From NCBI GenBank assembly GCA_044358015.1, contig JBIKOO010000003.1:14104-78103 (forward strand): a DNA stretch of 64,000 bases, in the 5' to 3' direction. Both the position numbers and the translations under genes were made by a program. Numbering within the stretch: the stretch's first letter is position 1; every line of letters begins with the position of its first letter. Below, piece by piece: positions 47,859 to 55,692 of this stretch. The notes below the pieces were generated by a model. The model was not told where the DNA came from and made no database searches. It saw only the letters and a program-made list of their open reading frames with translations. The DNA comes from Ilumatobacteraceae bacterium (GTDB lineage: Bacteria; Actinomycetota; Acidimicrobiia; Acidimicrobiales; Ilumatobacteraceae).

Positions 47859-47969
47859 CGCATGTGAGCCACTCATTGTGGTGTGAATCGAAGTGGCCCC
47901 GAGTGTTCTGTCGAACAATCGGGGCCATTTGACTTTTCGAATCGGCTGAACCGACGTGATCGTACGCTG

Positions 47970-48623
47970 TTAGGCGATCTTGACCATCAGGGCTCGTCGC
48001 ATTGATGACATATCAACATACTTGCGGCCCTCCATGAAGACACTGAGGTATTCCGCATTTGCCATGCTTCTCGCAACACCTGCATCTAAGGCTTTCGCAT
48101 TTGGATACAACTGGCTGAAGATGTATGTGCCCCAGTCGGGACCGAATCCACATTGTGATAATCCTGCTGATCCGCCTGAAACTCGATCTGTCACTTCGGC
48201 CATCTTGGTCGCCCACTGCAACATTTCCATGGGGTCGGCTGTCTGATTCGCTCGAACCATCGATTGCAGAACGCGTGAGCCGGGCTGTGCTGCTTTGCCA
48301 AGAACACCGGGCACAACGATGACTTGTGTGATTTGATCAACGCTCCAGTCGGTTGCAACGTTCGCTGCCTTGTCTTCAAGCTTGCCCCATATAGCACTGG
48401 CAATCAATTGATCATTACGGGTCGCCAATTGGTCGAGGGTTTCAACCCAGGATGTCCAACCGAAGGTTCCTGCTGGCGATCCTGCCGCGGTCATCCATGC
48501 CGCAAGCGGAGCGCCAGTGATTACTTCATGTAATTTGCTGGCTTCTATAGCCAAGGCAATGTTTGAGGCCGTACTTCCCTTGAAGCGGCCAGACTTTTGT
48601 ACCCGATACATATTTTCCCCCAT
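47970..48623 (-). CDS. Uncharacterised 217-aa protein, paralog A (two-lobed alpha+beta-barrel-like pattern, no family recognised)
   Basis: MGENMYRVQKSGRFKGSTASNIALAIEASKLHEVITGAPLAAW... AAGGA lies 11 nt upstream of the ATG, and a hairpin at 47895-47926 follows the gene. By eye it is about 70% identical to paralog B. Confidence 0.75.
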   Translation of the reverse strand: MGENMYRVQKSGRFKGSTASNIALAIEASKLHEVITGAPLAAWMTAAGSPAGTFGWTSWVETLDQLATRNDQLIASAIWGKLEDKAANVATDWSVDQITQVIVVPGVLGKAAQPGSRVLQSMVRANQTADPMEMLQWATKMAEVTDRVSGGSAGLSQCGFGPDWGTYIFSQLYPNAKALDAGVARSMANAEYLSVFMEGRKYVDMSSMRRALMVKIA

Positions 48624-48848
48624 TGGTCATTTATCCTTATGAAGTCCTCAACCTAACTTCATGGTCTGAGTCAATGGTGGAATAGGTGAACTTTCCAAGA
48701 TGAAAACATGAACGCAAACCTTGTTGCATTCGCCGTCTCGTTGCCTCCCTAAATCATGCTCGTGACATGAAGTGGCCCCGAGTGTTCTGTTGAACAATCG
48801 GGGCCACTTGACCTGTTGAATCGGCGAAGCCGACGTGATCGTTCGCTG

Positions 48849-49502
48849 TTAGGCGAGTTTGGCAAACATGACTCGTCGCATTGATGACATATCAACGTAC
48901 TTGCGGCCCTCCATGAAGACACCGAGGTATTCGGCGCTTGCCATGTTCTTGGCCATGCCGGCGTCCAATGCTGCTGAATCTGTGAAGAGCGACGTGAAGG
49001 AGTATGCGCCCCAGTCGGGACCGAATCCAAACTGCGACAGTCCTGATGAAGCGCCCGAAACCCGACCTGCTACTTCGGCCATCCTGGTTGCCCACTGCAA
49101 CATCTCCATCGGGTCAGCGCCTTGATTGGCTCGCACTAACGATTGCAGAACTTGCGAACCAACTGGTGCCGTAGGGCCAGTTGTCTCTGGCCAAACGATT
49201 ACTTGAGCGATTTGATCAACGCCCCAGTCGGTCGCATTGATTGCACCCTTGTCTTCGAGCTTGCCCCACTTTGCACTGGCAAGTATTTGTCCATTACGTG
49301 TCGCTAATTCATCGACAGTTTCAAACAAGGATGACCAACCGAGTGTTCCCGTCGGCATTCCGGCACTGGCGATCCAGGCAGCGAGCGGCGCTCCGGTGAT
49401 TTCTTCGTATAACTTGCTGGCTTCAACGGCCAAAGCAATGTTTGAGGTCATACTTCCCTTAAAGCGACCTGTCCTTTGTACCTGATACATATTTTCCCCC
49501 AT
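48849..49502 (-). CDS. Uncharacterised 217-aa protein, paralog B
   Basis: MGENMYQVQRTGRFKGSMTSNIALAVEASKLYEEITGAPLAAW... It has the same length and the same 5' leader, and the matching downstream hairpin lies at 48774-48805. Confidence 0.75.
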   Translation of the reverse strand: MGENMYQVQRTGRFKGSMTSNIALAVEASKLYEEITGAPLAAWIASAGMPTGTLGWSSLFETVDELATRNGQILASAKWGKLEDKGAINATDWGVDQIAQVIVWPETTGPTAPVGSQVLQSLVRANQGADPMEMLQWATRMAEVAGRVSGASSGLSQFGFGPDWGAYSFTSLFTDSAALDAGMAKNMASAEYLGVFMEGRKYVDMSSMRRVMFAKLA

Positions 49503-49630
49503 TGGTCATTTATCCTTATGAAGTCCTCAACTTAAGTTCATTCATGACCTAAGTCAATGGGTAATTAATTTCAATCTCTGTCAGCCCAATTTGTCGTTCT
49601 ACCAGGGCTTGTTATGTGCGAGAGTGGGGC

Positions 49631-50011
49631 ATGACCACGCACACCATTGCGCTCGTTGCCCACGACCACAAGAAAGACCTACTCATTGAGTGGGCCAAGA
49701 ACAACAAAGAACGTCTGAGTCAGCACTCGCTTGTCGCGACTGGGACGACCGGACGCATGTTGATCGAAATGGTTGGACTTGATGTGCGGTGCTTGAAGAG
49801 CGGTCCACTCGGTGGCGATCAGCAACTTGGGGCGATGATCTGCGAACAACAAATTGACATGCTGATTTTCTTTTGGGATCCGCTTGAGCCCCAGCCACAT
49901 GATCCAGATGTTCGGGCGTTACTGCGCATCGCTGTCGTATACGACATTCCGACGGCCAGCAATTTGTCAACCGCCGACTGTCTAATGTTGTCGCCGCTAT
50001 TTGCTGACTAG
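49631..50011 (+). CDS. mgsA: Methylglyoxal synthase
   Basis: MTTHTIALVAHDHKKDLLIEWAK...LVATGTTG...GPLGGDQQ...LIFFWDPLEPQPHDPDV. Confidence 0.9.
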   Translation: MTTHTIALVAHDHKKDLLIEWAKNNKERLSQHSLVATGTTGRMLIEMVGLDVRCLKSGPLGGDQQLGAMICEQQIDMLIFFWDPLEPQPHDPDVRALLRIAVVYDIPTASNLSTADCLMLSPLFAD

Positions 50012-50067
50012 TTCTTCACTGGCCTGAACAAAAGTTTTGTATACGGCTCGACAACGATCGAGCCGCG
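49988..50067. repeat. Left copy of 80-bp direct repeat (mgsA 3' end + spacer + decayed 3' end of the 116-aa gene)
   Basis: ttgtcgccgctatttgctgactagttcttcactggcctgaacaaaagttttgtatacggctcgacaacgatcgagccgcg. It has 77/80 identity to 53248-53327. Confidence 0.9.
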
Positions 50068-50490
50068 CCGAGCACCATGGCTCGCCATGTGGGCTATAAC
50101 GCTGACCCTGTGCGCCCCTCATAGCCGCGGTGAGAAGCCTCGCCACCCATGGTTAACGGGTCTGGCCGAGGGCGCCGTGTGAGGTGCTTCAAGCACCGTC
50201 CCTCCACATAAGTCGGGACATCCTAGGCGCGACCCTCGGAAACCCTGTTGGGGCTTAGGTTTCAGCCTTGAATCGCGAGTAACACAGATCGGGTTTTTGA
50301 AGTGCACAAATACGACAAAACGCGCGCGTGATCACTTTTTTGAAGGGTTAGCTAACCCCCGCTCGGGGAGTTTACGGATTTTGGATTGCGACACACCCAC
50401 GAGGTTGTGTTAGGTGCAACCGCAATGGAACGAAATCCCGTGAACGATGCTGTGTTCTATCCCGATCCGGCGTCGGCGCGGCGGTAACAG

Positions 50491-50841
50491 GTGCTTCTAT
50501 TCCACCCCGTCAACGCGAACACGTACCCAGCGCGGGCCGGTACTCACGTTGTTGTTCAGACGCTCGCCACCGCAGTAGATGCTCTCACCAGCGACCTACC
50601 TATCACCGGAATTGGTGGACTTACCAGATGCATCCGATGCGGTCCCTCTGCCGACGTAAGGGCCACAGATCGCAACTCCGCGATCGTTGCAGGTATTGAT
50701 TGTGCGGACATTCGTACACACTTGACCTGCTATGGGGGGCATGCGGAAAAGTCAGATGATGGGTCCCACATGGCCGCGACGCGGGCACAGGTAACGGCGT
50801 TCGGGTGGTCGGGCAACGACCGATGGGCGCATCGCTCCTAA
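50491..50841 (+). CDS. Doubtful hypothetical ORF inside the islet
   Basis: 116-aa GTG ORF with no Shine-Dalgarno sequence and no recognisable motifs. Its stop overlaps the convergent acyltransferase stop. Third-position G+C is only moderately coding-like. Confidence 0.2.
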   Translation: MLLFHPVNANTYPARAGTHVVVQTLATAVDALTSDLPITGIGGLTRCIRCGPSADVRATDRNSAIVAGIDCADIRTHLTCYGGHAEKSDDGSHMAATRAQVTAFGWSGNDRWAHRS

Positions 50842-52901
50842 CGGATGCCTTCGATGAGTTGCTGGATCGCCGGTGCTAGCGCTTCGGCTTGATGGACGCT
50901 GATGTGGCTACTGTCCCGGTAGCGGATGAAGCCGGGACCACGCGTGCTGCATAGGTCGTCCGGACAGAGTTCCTGCGCCGGGTCCCAGACAGTGGCGCCT
51001 TGATCGACAGCAACCTGGGCAACCACGTCGCGGACCTGCAGATCGTCCTGGAGTGCCTGATCGAGCGTCCGTTCGCCGGTGCATCCACTGCCTAGCGCTG
51101 CATTCAGCGTGCACCGAGTCGGATCCCACAGAGTGATTCCGTTCTCTGCAGTCCAGCGCGGAATGGTCTGCACGATGACAACCTTGTGCCCGGCTTGCTG
51201 GAGCCTGGCCACTGTTCGCTCCAGTCCGCTTCTGAACTCCCGAATCTTTGTGGCGGGATCGGCGCTCGCTTCTTGGCCGGTGGGTGCGACGGCATGGTCG
51301 GGTGATGTCCAGTACACGTCAGCGTTTGAGATCACCACGAGGCCTAGGGCTGCGTTCGAGAGATAATCAAGGGTGCGCTTTACGTACGACTGACACGCTT
51401 CGTTGCTGTACTTCCCTCGGAGGTCAACGAAATCGATGTCGACAAAGGGACAGGCATCCGTGCTGGCACTAAAGACGGGGCGGTCCAAAGCCTTCCCCGC
51501 GGCGATAAAGCCTTCACTGAAGTGGTCCGCGTTGGAGTCACCAAGGACGTAGATGGGCTGCCCTTTAGCATCTTGATTCCAGACGCAGGCTAGAGATTGC
51601 TGAGCGCCAAGAGGTTCCCTTGTGTTGCAATTGTTCAATGCACCGATGTGTCCGGGCAATGTCGCCGACTGAAGTTGCCTCACCTGGGACGACCACCAGC
51701 CTTGACCGGAGGTGAACCACAGTGCTGTCGCTAGACCGATCGGCAACAGCAAAGTGGCGATGATAAGCCGCGTCCAACGACTCTGCGTCAGGCCGTCGAG
51801 GTTCCGAATAGGCTGCTCAAGCCAACGGTAAGAGGCCAGTGCGGGTAGGAGGGATGCGAGAGCGGCAGCGAGCAACACCAGTGGCCTGCCTGGCCAGAGA
51901 AGTCCGGCGAAGACGATGAAGGGCCAGTGCCATAGGTAGATGGAGTAAGACCAGTCGCCGATCTTGACCATCGGCGCGGTCGAGAGTGCCCTAGTGGTGA
52001 AAGCCTTCTGACTGGTACCTGAGAGGAGGAGGAGCAGGGCGCCGACGACAGGGATGAGTGTCCATGGACCGGGGAAAGGCGTCGTGTCGGTGATGAGCCA
52101 TAGGGACGAGGCGAGCATGGCTACGCCGACCAAGCCGCTGCCGGCAAGCAGTCGTGGGGCATGCATTTTCCATTTAGCGAGGGCCAGTGCGAGGAGGGCT
52201 CCGACGGCGAACTCCCAGGCGCGGGTGAAGGGGCTATAGAAGCCGAGGACGGCGTCGGCTCCGCTGAACGTAAGCCCCGCGGATCCAGTCAGCGTGAGGG
52301 CGAAGGATACGGCGGCGACGCCGGCCACGATCACGATGGGGCTGAAGCGCAGAAGGCCACGTCGGCGGGCGAGAATCCAGCCCAGGGCGATGAGGGCGGG
52401 GAAGACGAGGTAGAATTGTTCCTCGACGGACAGGGACCAGGCGTTCAGCAGGGGATTGGTCTCGGCTGGGGCGTCGAAGTAACCGCCCGTGGTGCCGGCG
52501 ATGACAAAGTTGGCGGAAAACAGTATCGCGCCGACGGCGGTCTTGGCTGCAGTCTGCTGCGGGCCCAGGGGTGACAGCACTAGGACCGAAATGAGCATGG
52601 TGACGGCGACCATGAGGGCCATTGCGGGGGTGAGGCGTTTGAAGCGGCGAAGGTAGAAGCGCCCGAAGCGGATACGGCCGGTCTGGTGCCATTCTCGGTG
52701 GAGCATGGCGGTGATGACGAAGCCGGAGATCACGAAGAACACGTCGACGCCGATGAATCCGCCGGGGACTGGCAGTCCGGCGTGAAAGGCGACAACCATG
52801 AGGACCACAACGGCCCGCAGACCCTGGATGTCAGGGCGGCGGCTAGATGACGGTCCGCTCAACACGGCGTGTTCCTCGACTACTGGCAGTGGTGCTGGCA
52901 T
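50838..52901 (-). CDS. Acyltransferase-3 (OafA/YrhL-type membrane O-acyltransferase) fused to a C-terminal SGNH domain
   Basis: RRPDIQGLRAVVVLMVVAFHAG...GVDVFFVISGFVIT and about 10 TM helices. The SGNH part has YVLGDSNADHF (GDS block) and YRDSSHIS (DxxH block). GGGGGA lies upstream of the ATG. Confidence 0.88.
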   Translation of the reverse strand: MPAPLPVVEEHAVLSGPSSSRRPDIQGLRAVVVLMVVAFHAGLPVPGGFIGVDVFFVISGFVITAMLHREWHQTGRIRFGRFYLRRFKRLTPAMALMVAVTMLISVLVLSPLGPQQTAAKTAVGAILFSANFVIAGTTGGYFDAPAETNPLLNAWSLSVEEQFYLVFPALIALGWILARRRGLLRFSPIVIVAGVAAVSFALTLTGSAGLTFSGADAVLGFYSPFTRAWEFAVGALLALALAKWKMHAPRLLAGSGLVGVAMLASSLWLITDTTPFPGPWTLIPVVGALLLLLSGTSQKAFTTRALSTAPMVKIGDWSYSIYLWHWPFIVFAGLLWPGRPLVLLAAALASLLPALASYRWLEQPIRNLDGLTQSRWTRLIIATLLLPIGLATALWFTSGQGWWSSQVRQLQSATLPGHIGALNNCNTREPLGAQQSLACVWNQDAKGQPIYVLGDSNADHFSEGFIAAGKALDRPVFSASTDACPFVDIDFVDLRGKYSNEACQSYVKRTLDYLSNAALGLVVISNADVYWTSPDHAVAPTGQEASADPATKIREFRSGLERTVARLQQAGHKVVIVQTIPRWTAENGITLWDPTRCTLNAALGSGCTGERTLDQALQDDLQVRDVVAQVAVDQGATVWDPAQELCPDDLCSTRGPGFIRYRDSSHISVHQAEALAPAIQQLIEGIR

Positions 52902-53247
52902 GGATGTCCCCCTTTGCGCTGTGCCCCCAGCGAGATAACCAGCGTAGCACCCTACCTGCGGCGCTGGTCGGGAAGGCTTGTCGCAAAACGGGTTCCTGAA
53001 GTCCAGTCGAAGGTGCTACGCCCGGCCTCGTCGCCTAGCGGTTGATCGATTCTCACCTGTCGAATGACAGGTGATGCAACAAGTCACTGACGGCGGTATG
53101 GAGGTCGTCTACGTCTAACTCGAGGCCATCGACGTCGATGTCCGCTAGAACCGTCGTGTCGAAAGCGATCCGACGCTGCGTTCAGGGCGCCAGATGGCAA
53201 CGCTGACGGGTGCGCGCGATACGGAATCTGCTCGCGGCAGCGAACCA

Positions 53248-53327
53248 TTGTCACCGCTATTTGCTGACTAGTTCTTCACTGGCCTGAACAAAAGTTTTGT
53301 TTACGGCTCGACAACGATCCAGCCGCG
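53248..53327. repeat. Right copy of 80-bp direct repeat (orphan mgsA 3' fragment + spacer + functional 3' end of the 116-aa gene)
   Basis: ttgtcaccgctatttgctgactagttcttcactggcctgaacaaaagttttgtttacggctcgacaacgatccagccgcg. Confidence 0.9.
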
Positions 53328-53651
53328 TCGTTGCAACTCGGCAGCCAAAACCGAATCGGGTAGATCGCGAACTGTTTTCTCGGCACTGGTGAAACGTGGA
53401 GCAGGTTTGATTGATCGAGCCACAATGACTTCGGGCGGAACATCAATTGTCAACTCGGCTTCGGCCTCAAGTTGTGCAATGAAGTCTTCGGCTTCTTGAC
53501 GAGTAAATTTGCCGCCGGCTTGGCGTTGGTTGAAGTGCATCGGTCCGCGGGCATCACGGAAATCGGTGTGCCCGGCCGCATTAAGAAGCTCAAGCAAATG
53601 CTTCATCTGCGAATGTGATGCTGGGGGGCCAGCGGGTTGACCAAATGCCAT
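53301..53651 (-). CDS. Hypothetical 116-aa protein
   Basis: MAFGQPAGPPASHSQMKHLLELLNAAGHTDFRDARGPMHFNQRQAGGKFTRQEAEDFIAQLE... It is the last gene of a four-gene minus-strand cluster. No family recognised. Confidence 0.6.
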   Translation of the reverse strand: MAFGQPAGPPASHSQMKHLLELLNAAGHTDFRDARGPMHFNQRQAGGKFTRQEAEDFIAQLEAEAELTIDVPPEVIVARSIKPAPRFTSAEKTVRDLPDSVLAAELQRRGWIVVEP

Positions 53652-53693
53652 GTCTTATTCTCGCCCACGGGTGTGGCAACACAGTGGGATTGG

Positions 53694-53924
53694 TCAGATT
53701 TTGGTGAGCAATGTGAGTGCGGTGGCGCATGCCCCGACGGCCACTACTAAAACTGATGCGCAACCACCGCGGTAACTCAATCCCTTGCCGAGTCGTATCG
53801 AAGTACGGCCCCGCGAGTTGATGGTGAATGGACCCAATCGACCACTGCCGCTGACACCACGCTTAGAAATATTGAGCCACGAGCGCTTGCCGGTGCGAAT
53901 TCGCTTGCGGTACGAAAAACCCAT
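53694..53924 (-). CDS. DUF4236 domain protein with C-terminal TM helix
   Basis: MGFSYRKRIRTGKRSWLNISKRGVSGSGRLGPFTINSRGRTSIRLGKGLSYR fits the DUF4236 repeat pattern. The start at 53924 lies 1 nt after the upstream stop. Confidence 0.7.
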   Translation of the reverse strand: MGFSYRKRIRTGKRSWLNISKRGVSGSGRLGPFTINSRGRTSIRLGKGLSYRGGCASVLVVAVGACATALTLLTKI

Positions 53925-53925
53925 C

Positions 53926-54246
53926 TCAGACTCCGAAGATGGCCTTGCGGGCCTCAGTGCCACGCTCGATATCAATCACGTCGGCGTATTCGCCCGTTTG
54001 TACATTGTCGCCAGCACCTTCGATGGCGTCAACGAATTCGTCAACATCATGTGGCTCGCCGCCAATTAACCAAACCACTGATTCGCCGTCGTGATCGGCG
54101 GGGTCGCGTGGCAACACGCCTTCGACTTCATATTGATCAACTGTGATGTCTTCTGAATGATCGGTGACCGGTGCGACGATCGCCATTTCTACGATTGTTT
54201 CGGGGTCAAGATCTCGCAAGATGTCGATGAGTTCGGCAACATTCAT
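53926..54246 (-). CDS. Hypothetical acidic 106-aa protein
   Basis: MNVAELIDILRDLDPETIVEMAIVAPVTDHSEDITVDQYEVEGV... Strongly acidic. No family recognised. Confidence 0.55.
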   Translation of the reverse strand: MNVAELIDILRDLDPETIVEMAIVAPVTDHSEDITVDQYEVEGVLPRDPADHDGESVVWLIGGEPHDVDEFVDAIEGAGDNVQTGEYADVIDIERGTEARKAIFGV

Positions 54247-54297
54247 AGTGTCAGTATTTCACGCTCAACTGAAGCAGTCGGGCAATTGCCGTAAACT

Positions 54298-54867
54298 TCA
54301 TGAATCAGACATCCATGACGGAGCGATCTCAAGCAAGAACAAACTAACTTCGCTGCACTTTTCCAGCACGCCGCAAAATACTGAATCATCGTTGGTGTAG
54401 ACATCGGCGAGCGAGACGCTTAAGCGCGCGACGATCGACAATCGATGTTCGGGGGCGTCAATGACTGATGCAGTGGAGTCAATGGCAGAAACCTCGAGTG
54501 GTAATTCGGTTCCGCCAACGCCCGCGAGATCAGTTGCAAGAACCAAGAGGTCGGGTCGACCGCTGAGCGGGGGAAGGGTCCACGTAAACAACAGGGGAAA
54601 TTCAAAACCCTGCGGCGGCTCGTCGGTGGGTTCTTCGAGCTTGCTCATTTCATCTTCAAAGCCCAAGAGAGCCCGCGGGTCAACTTCGAGTGAAAGATGC
54701 AAGTCGATGGGTCCATCGCAGGCTTCTTCGGGATGAAGGTCAACTTCCCATAACTGGCGGAGCGAATAGGTCTCGACGAAGTGCCGCTCATCGTGAACAT
54801 GGAAACCATGGTCAATGGCATGACTCTTCATGTCGGAGACAAACCCAGCAACATCAATGAAAGCCAT
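54298..54867 (-). CDS. Hypothetical acidic 189-aa protein
   Basis: MAFIDVAGFVSDMKSHAIDHGFHVHDERHFVETYSLRQLWEVDLHPEE... It is the first gene of the cluster and is divergent from the IMPase gene. Confidence 0.55.
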   Translation of the reverse strand: MAFIDVAGFVSDMKSHAIDHGFHVHDERHFVETYSLRQLWEVDLHPEEACDGPIDLHLSLEVDPRALLGFEDEMSKLEEPTDEPPQGFEFPLLFTWTLPPLSGRPDLLVLATDLAGVGGTELPLEVSAIDSTASVIDAPEHRLSIVARLSVSLADVYTNDDSVFCGVLEKCSEVSLFLLEIAPSWMSDS

Positions 54868-54897
54868 AACCCGTCCTTTGAAACTGAGTTCAGGATA

Positions 54898-55674
54898 ATG
54901 GGCGAGAGGCGCACTACCCTCGTTGGTATGGACCCCAATCAGGTGCTTGCGTTATTGCATAAGGTCGCCGATGCAATTGCTGTCGAGTTGCGAAACATCA
55001 CCAATTGGGGCCCCTCGGGTCGACGTGATGGTCAATATGCCGCCGACCTCGTGGTTGACCAGATTGCGCTTGACCTCTTGCGTGAGGCGGGCGTCGGCAT
55101 TGTGTCAGAAGAGAGCGGTGTTGAGAATCTTGATCGCGATGTGGTCGTGATTGTCGATCCGTTAGACGGCTCAACAAATGCGAGTCGTGGAGTCCCGCAC
55201 TACGCCACGTCGCTGTGTGCAGTTGACTCTGCTGGCCCACTCGTCGCTCTGGTAGTTGATCAGGCTGTTGGCACGCGATGGTGGGCATTGCGCGGTCTGG
55301 GAGCGTTCAGAGACGGCGTAGCGATGACCCGTGAACCAATGACCGAGTGGTCATCGGCATTAGTTGCGGTGTCGGGTCGTCCACCCGTTGACGCGGGCTG
55401 GGCCCAGTTCAGATCATTTGGCGCGGCAGCCATAGATATCTGTTATGTCGCTGACTCAACGGTTGATGCTTTCATCGATATGAGCCCGAGTGCACATGGC
55501 GTGTGGGATTACGCAGCTGCGTATCTGATCTGTCAAGAAATCGGCGTGCGTATCGAAGATGCGCAGGGCCGCGAATTGATTGTTCTTGATCATGCGGCAC
55601 GTCGAACCCCGGTCGCGGCACCAACTGGAATTTTCGATCGGGCACTTTCGGCGCGACTCAATTTGCCGTTGTAA
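54898..55674 (+). CDS. Inositol monophosphatase family protein (SuhB/ImpA/HisN-like)
   Basis: IVSEESG, VVIVDPLDGSTNA and WDYAAA motifs. The start is uncertain (ATG at 54898 or 54928); the track start at 54781 overlaps the divergent gene. Confidence 0.85.
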   Translation: MGERRTTLVGMDPNQVLALLHKVADAIAVELRNITNWGPSGRRDGQYAADLVVDQIALDLLREAGVGIVSEESGVENLDRDVVVIVDPLDGSTNASRGVPHYATSLCAVDSAGPLVALVVDQAVGTRWWALRGLGAFRDGVAMTREPMTEWSSALVAVSGRPPVDAGWAQFRSFGAAAIDICYVADSTVDAFIDMSPSAHGVWDYAAAYLICQEIGVRIEDAQGRELIVLDHAARRTPVAAPTGIFDRALSARLNLPL

Positions 55675-55692
55675 AACTGTTGTAGCGACTGG

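Larger units (their letters stand above)
47890..49560. repeat. Diverged tandem duplication (units 47890-48677 and 48769-49560), each a terminator + 217-aa CDS + conserved 5' region
   Basis: Shared elements in both units: gaagtggccccgagtgttctgt(c/t)gaacaatcggggcc, ..cgacgtgatcgt(a/t)cgctgttaggcga.., the CDS, and catattttcccccattggtcatttatccttatgaagtcctcaac...gtcaatgg. The offset is about 879-883 bp. Confidence 0.9.
50068..53247. mobile_element. Putative horizontally acquired islet between the direct repeats (no recombinase gene present)
   Basis: It is bounded by the 80-bp repeats and looks more G+C-rich than the flanks. It contains one acyltransferase gene plus about 0.8 kb and 0.35 kb of non-coding DNA. 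Confidence 0.5.

Noticed and set aside
47903-47916. GTTC-N4-GAAC inside the cassette terminator hairpins (also present in the second hairpin at 48774-48805), considered as LexA sites
   Set aside because: The half-sites are in the opposite order to the GAAC-N4-GTTC SOS box, and they form the inner stem of the terminator hairpin.
50085-50300. Whether the helix-rich islet segment is RNase P RNA, tmRNA, SRP RNA, 6S RNA or a ykkC/guanidine-type riboswitch
   Set aside because: There is no P4-type GAGGAAAGUCCGGGC / ACAGAACCCGGCUUA pair, no tRNA-like 3' end with T-loop and CCA, no SRP GGAA/AGCA motif, and no single long 6S-like hairpin. The reverse strand has CUAGG...ACACGGCG resembling ykkC, but the remaining conserved blocks and a downstream gene are missing. 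It is kept only as an unclassified candidate.
50595-50741. 49-aa minus-strand ORF (MPPIAGQVCTNVRTINTCNDRGVAICGPYVGRG...) downstream of the acyltransferase, considered as a possible Cys-containing peptide precursor
   Set aside because: It has no Shine-Dalgarno sequence, no leader/core logic and no modifying enzymes nearby. It overlaps an equally doubtful plus-strand ORF. In G+C-rich DNA such ORFs arise by chance.
51079-52692. Several 60-150-aa ORFs on both strands inside the acyltransferase gene (for example 52161..52574 +, 52234..52692 -)
   Set aside because: These are typical stop-poor alternative frames of a high-G+C gene. The 687-aa frame carries all family motifs.
53053-53184. 43-codon open frame on the minus strand (..FDTTVLADIDVDGLELDVDDLHTAVSDLLHHLSFDR) in the right arm of the islet
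   Set aside because: Apart from two TTG codons nine and ten codons before the stop, it has no ATG, GTG or TTG start. At best it is a gene remnant.
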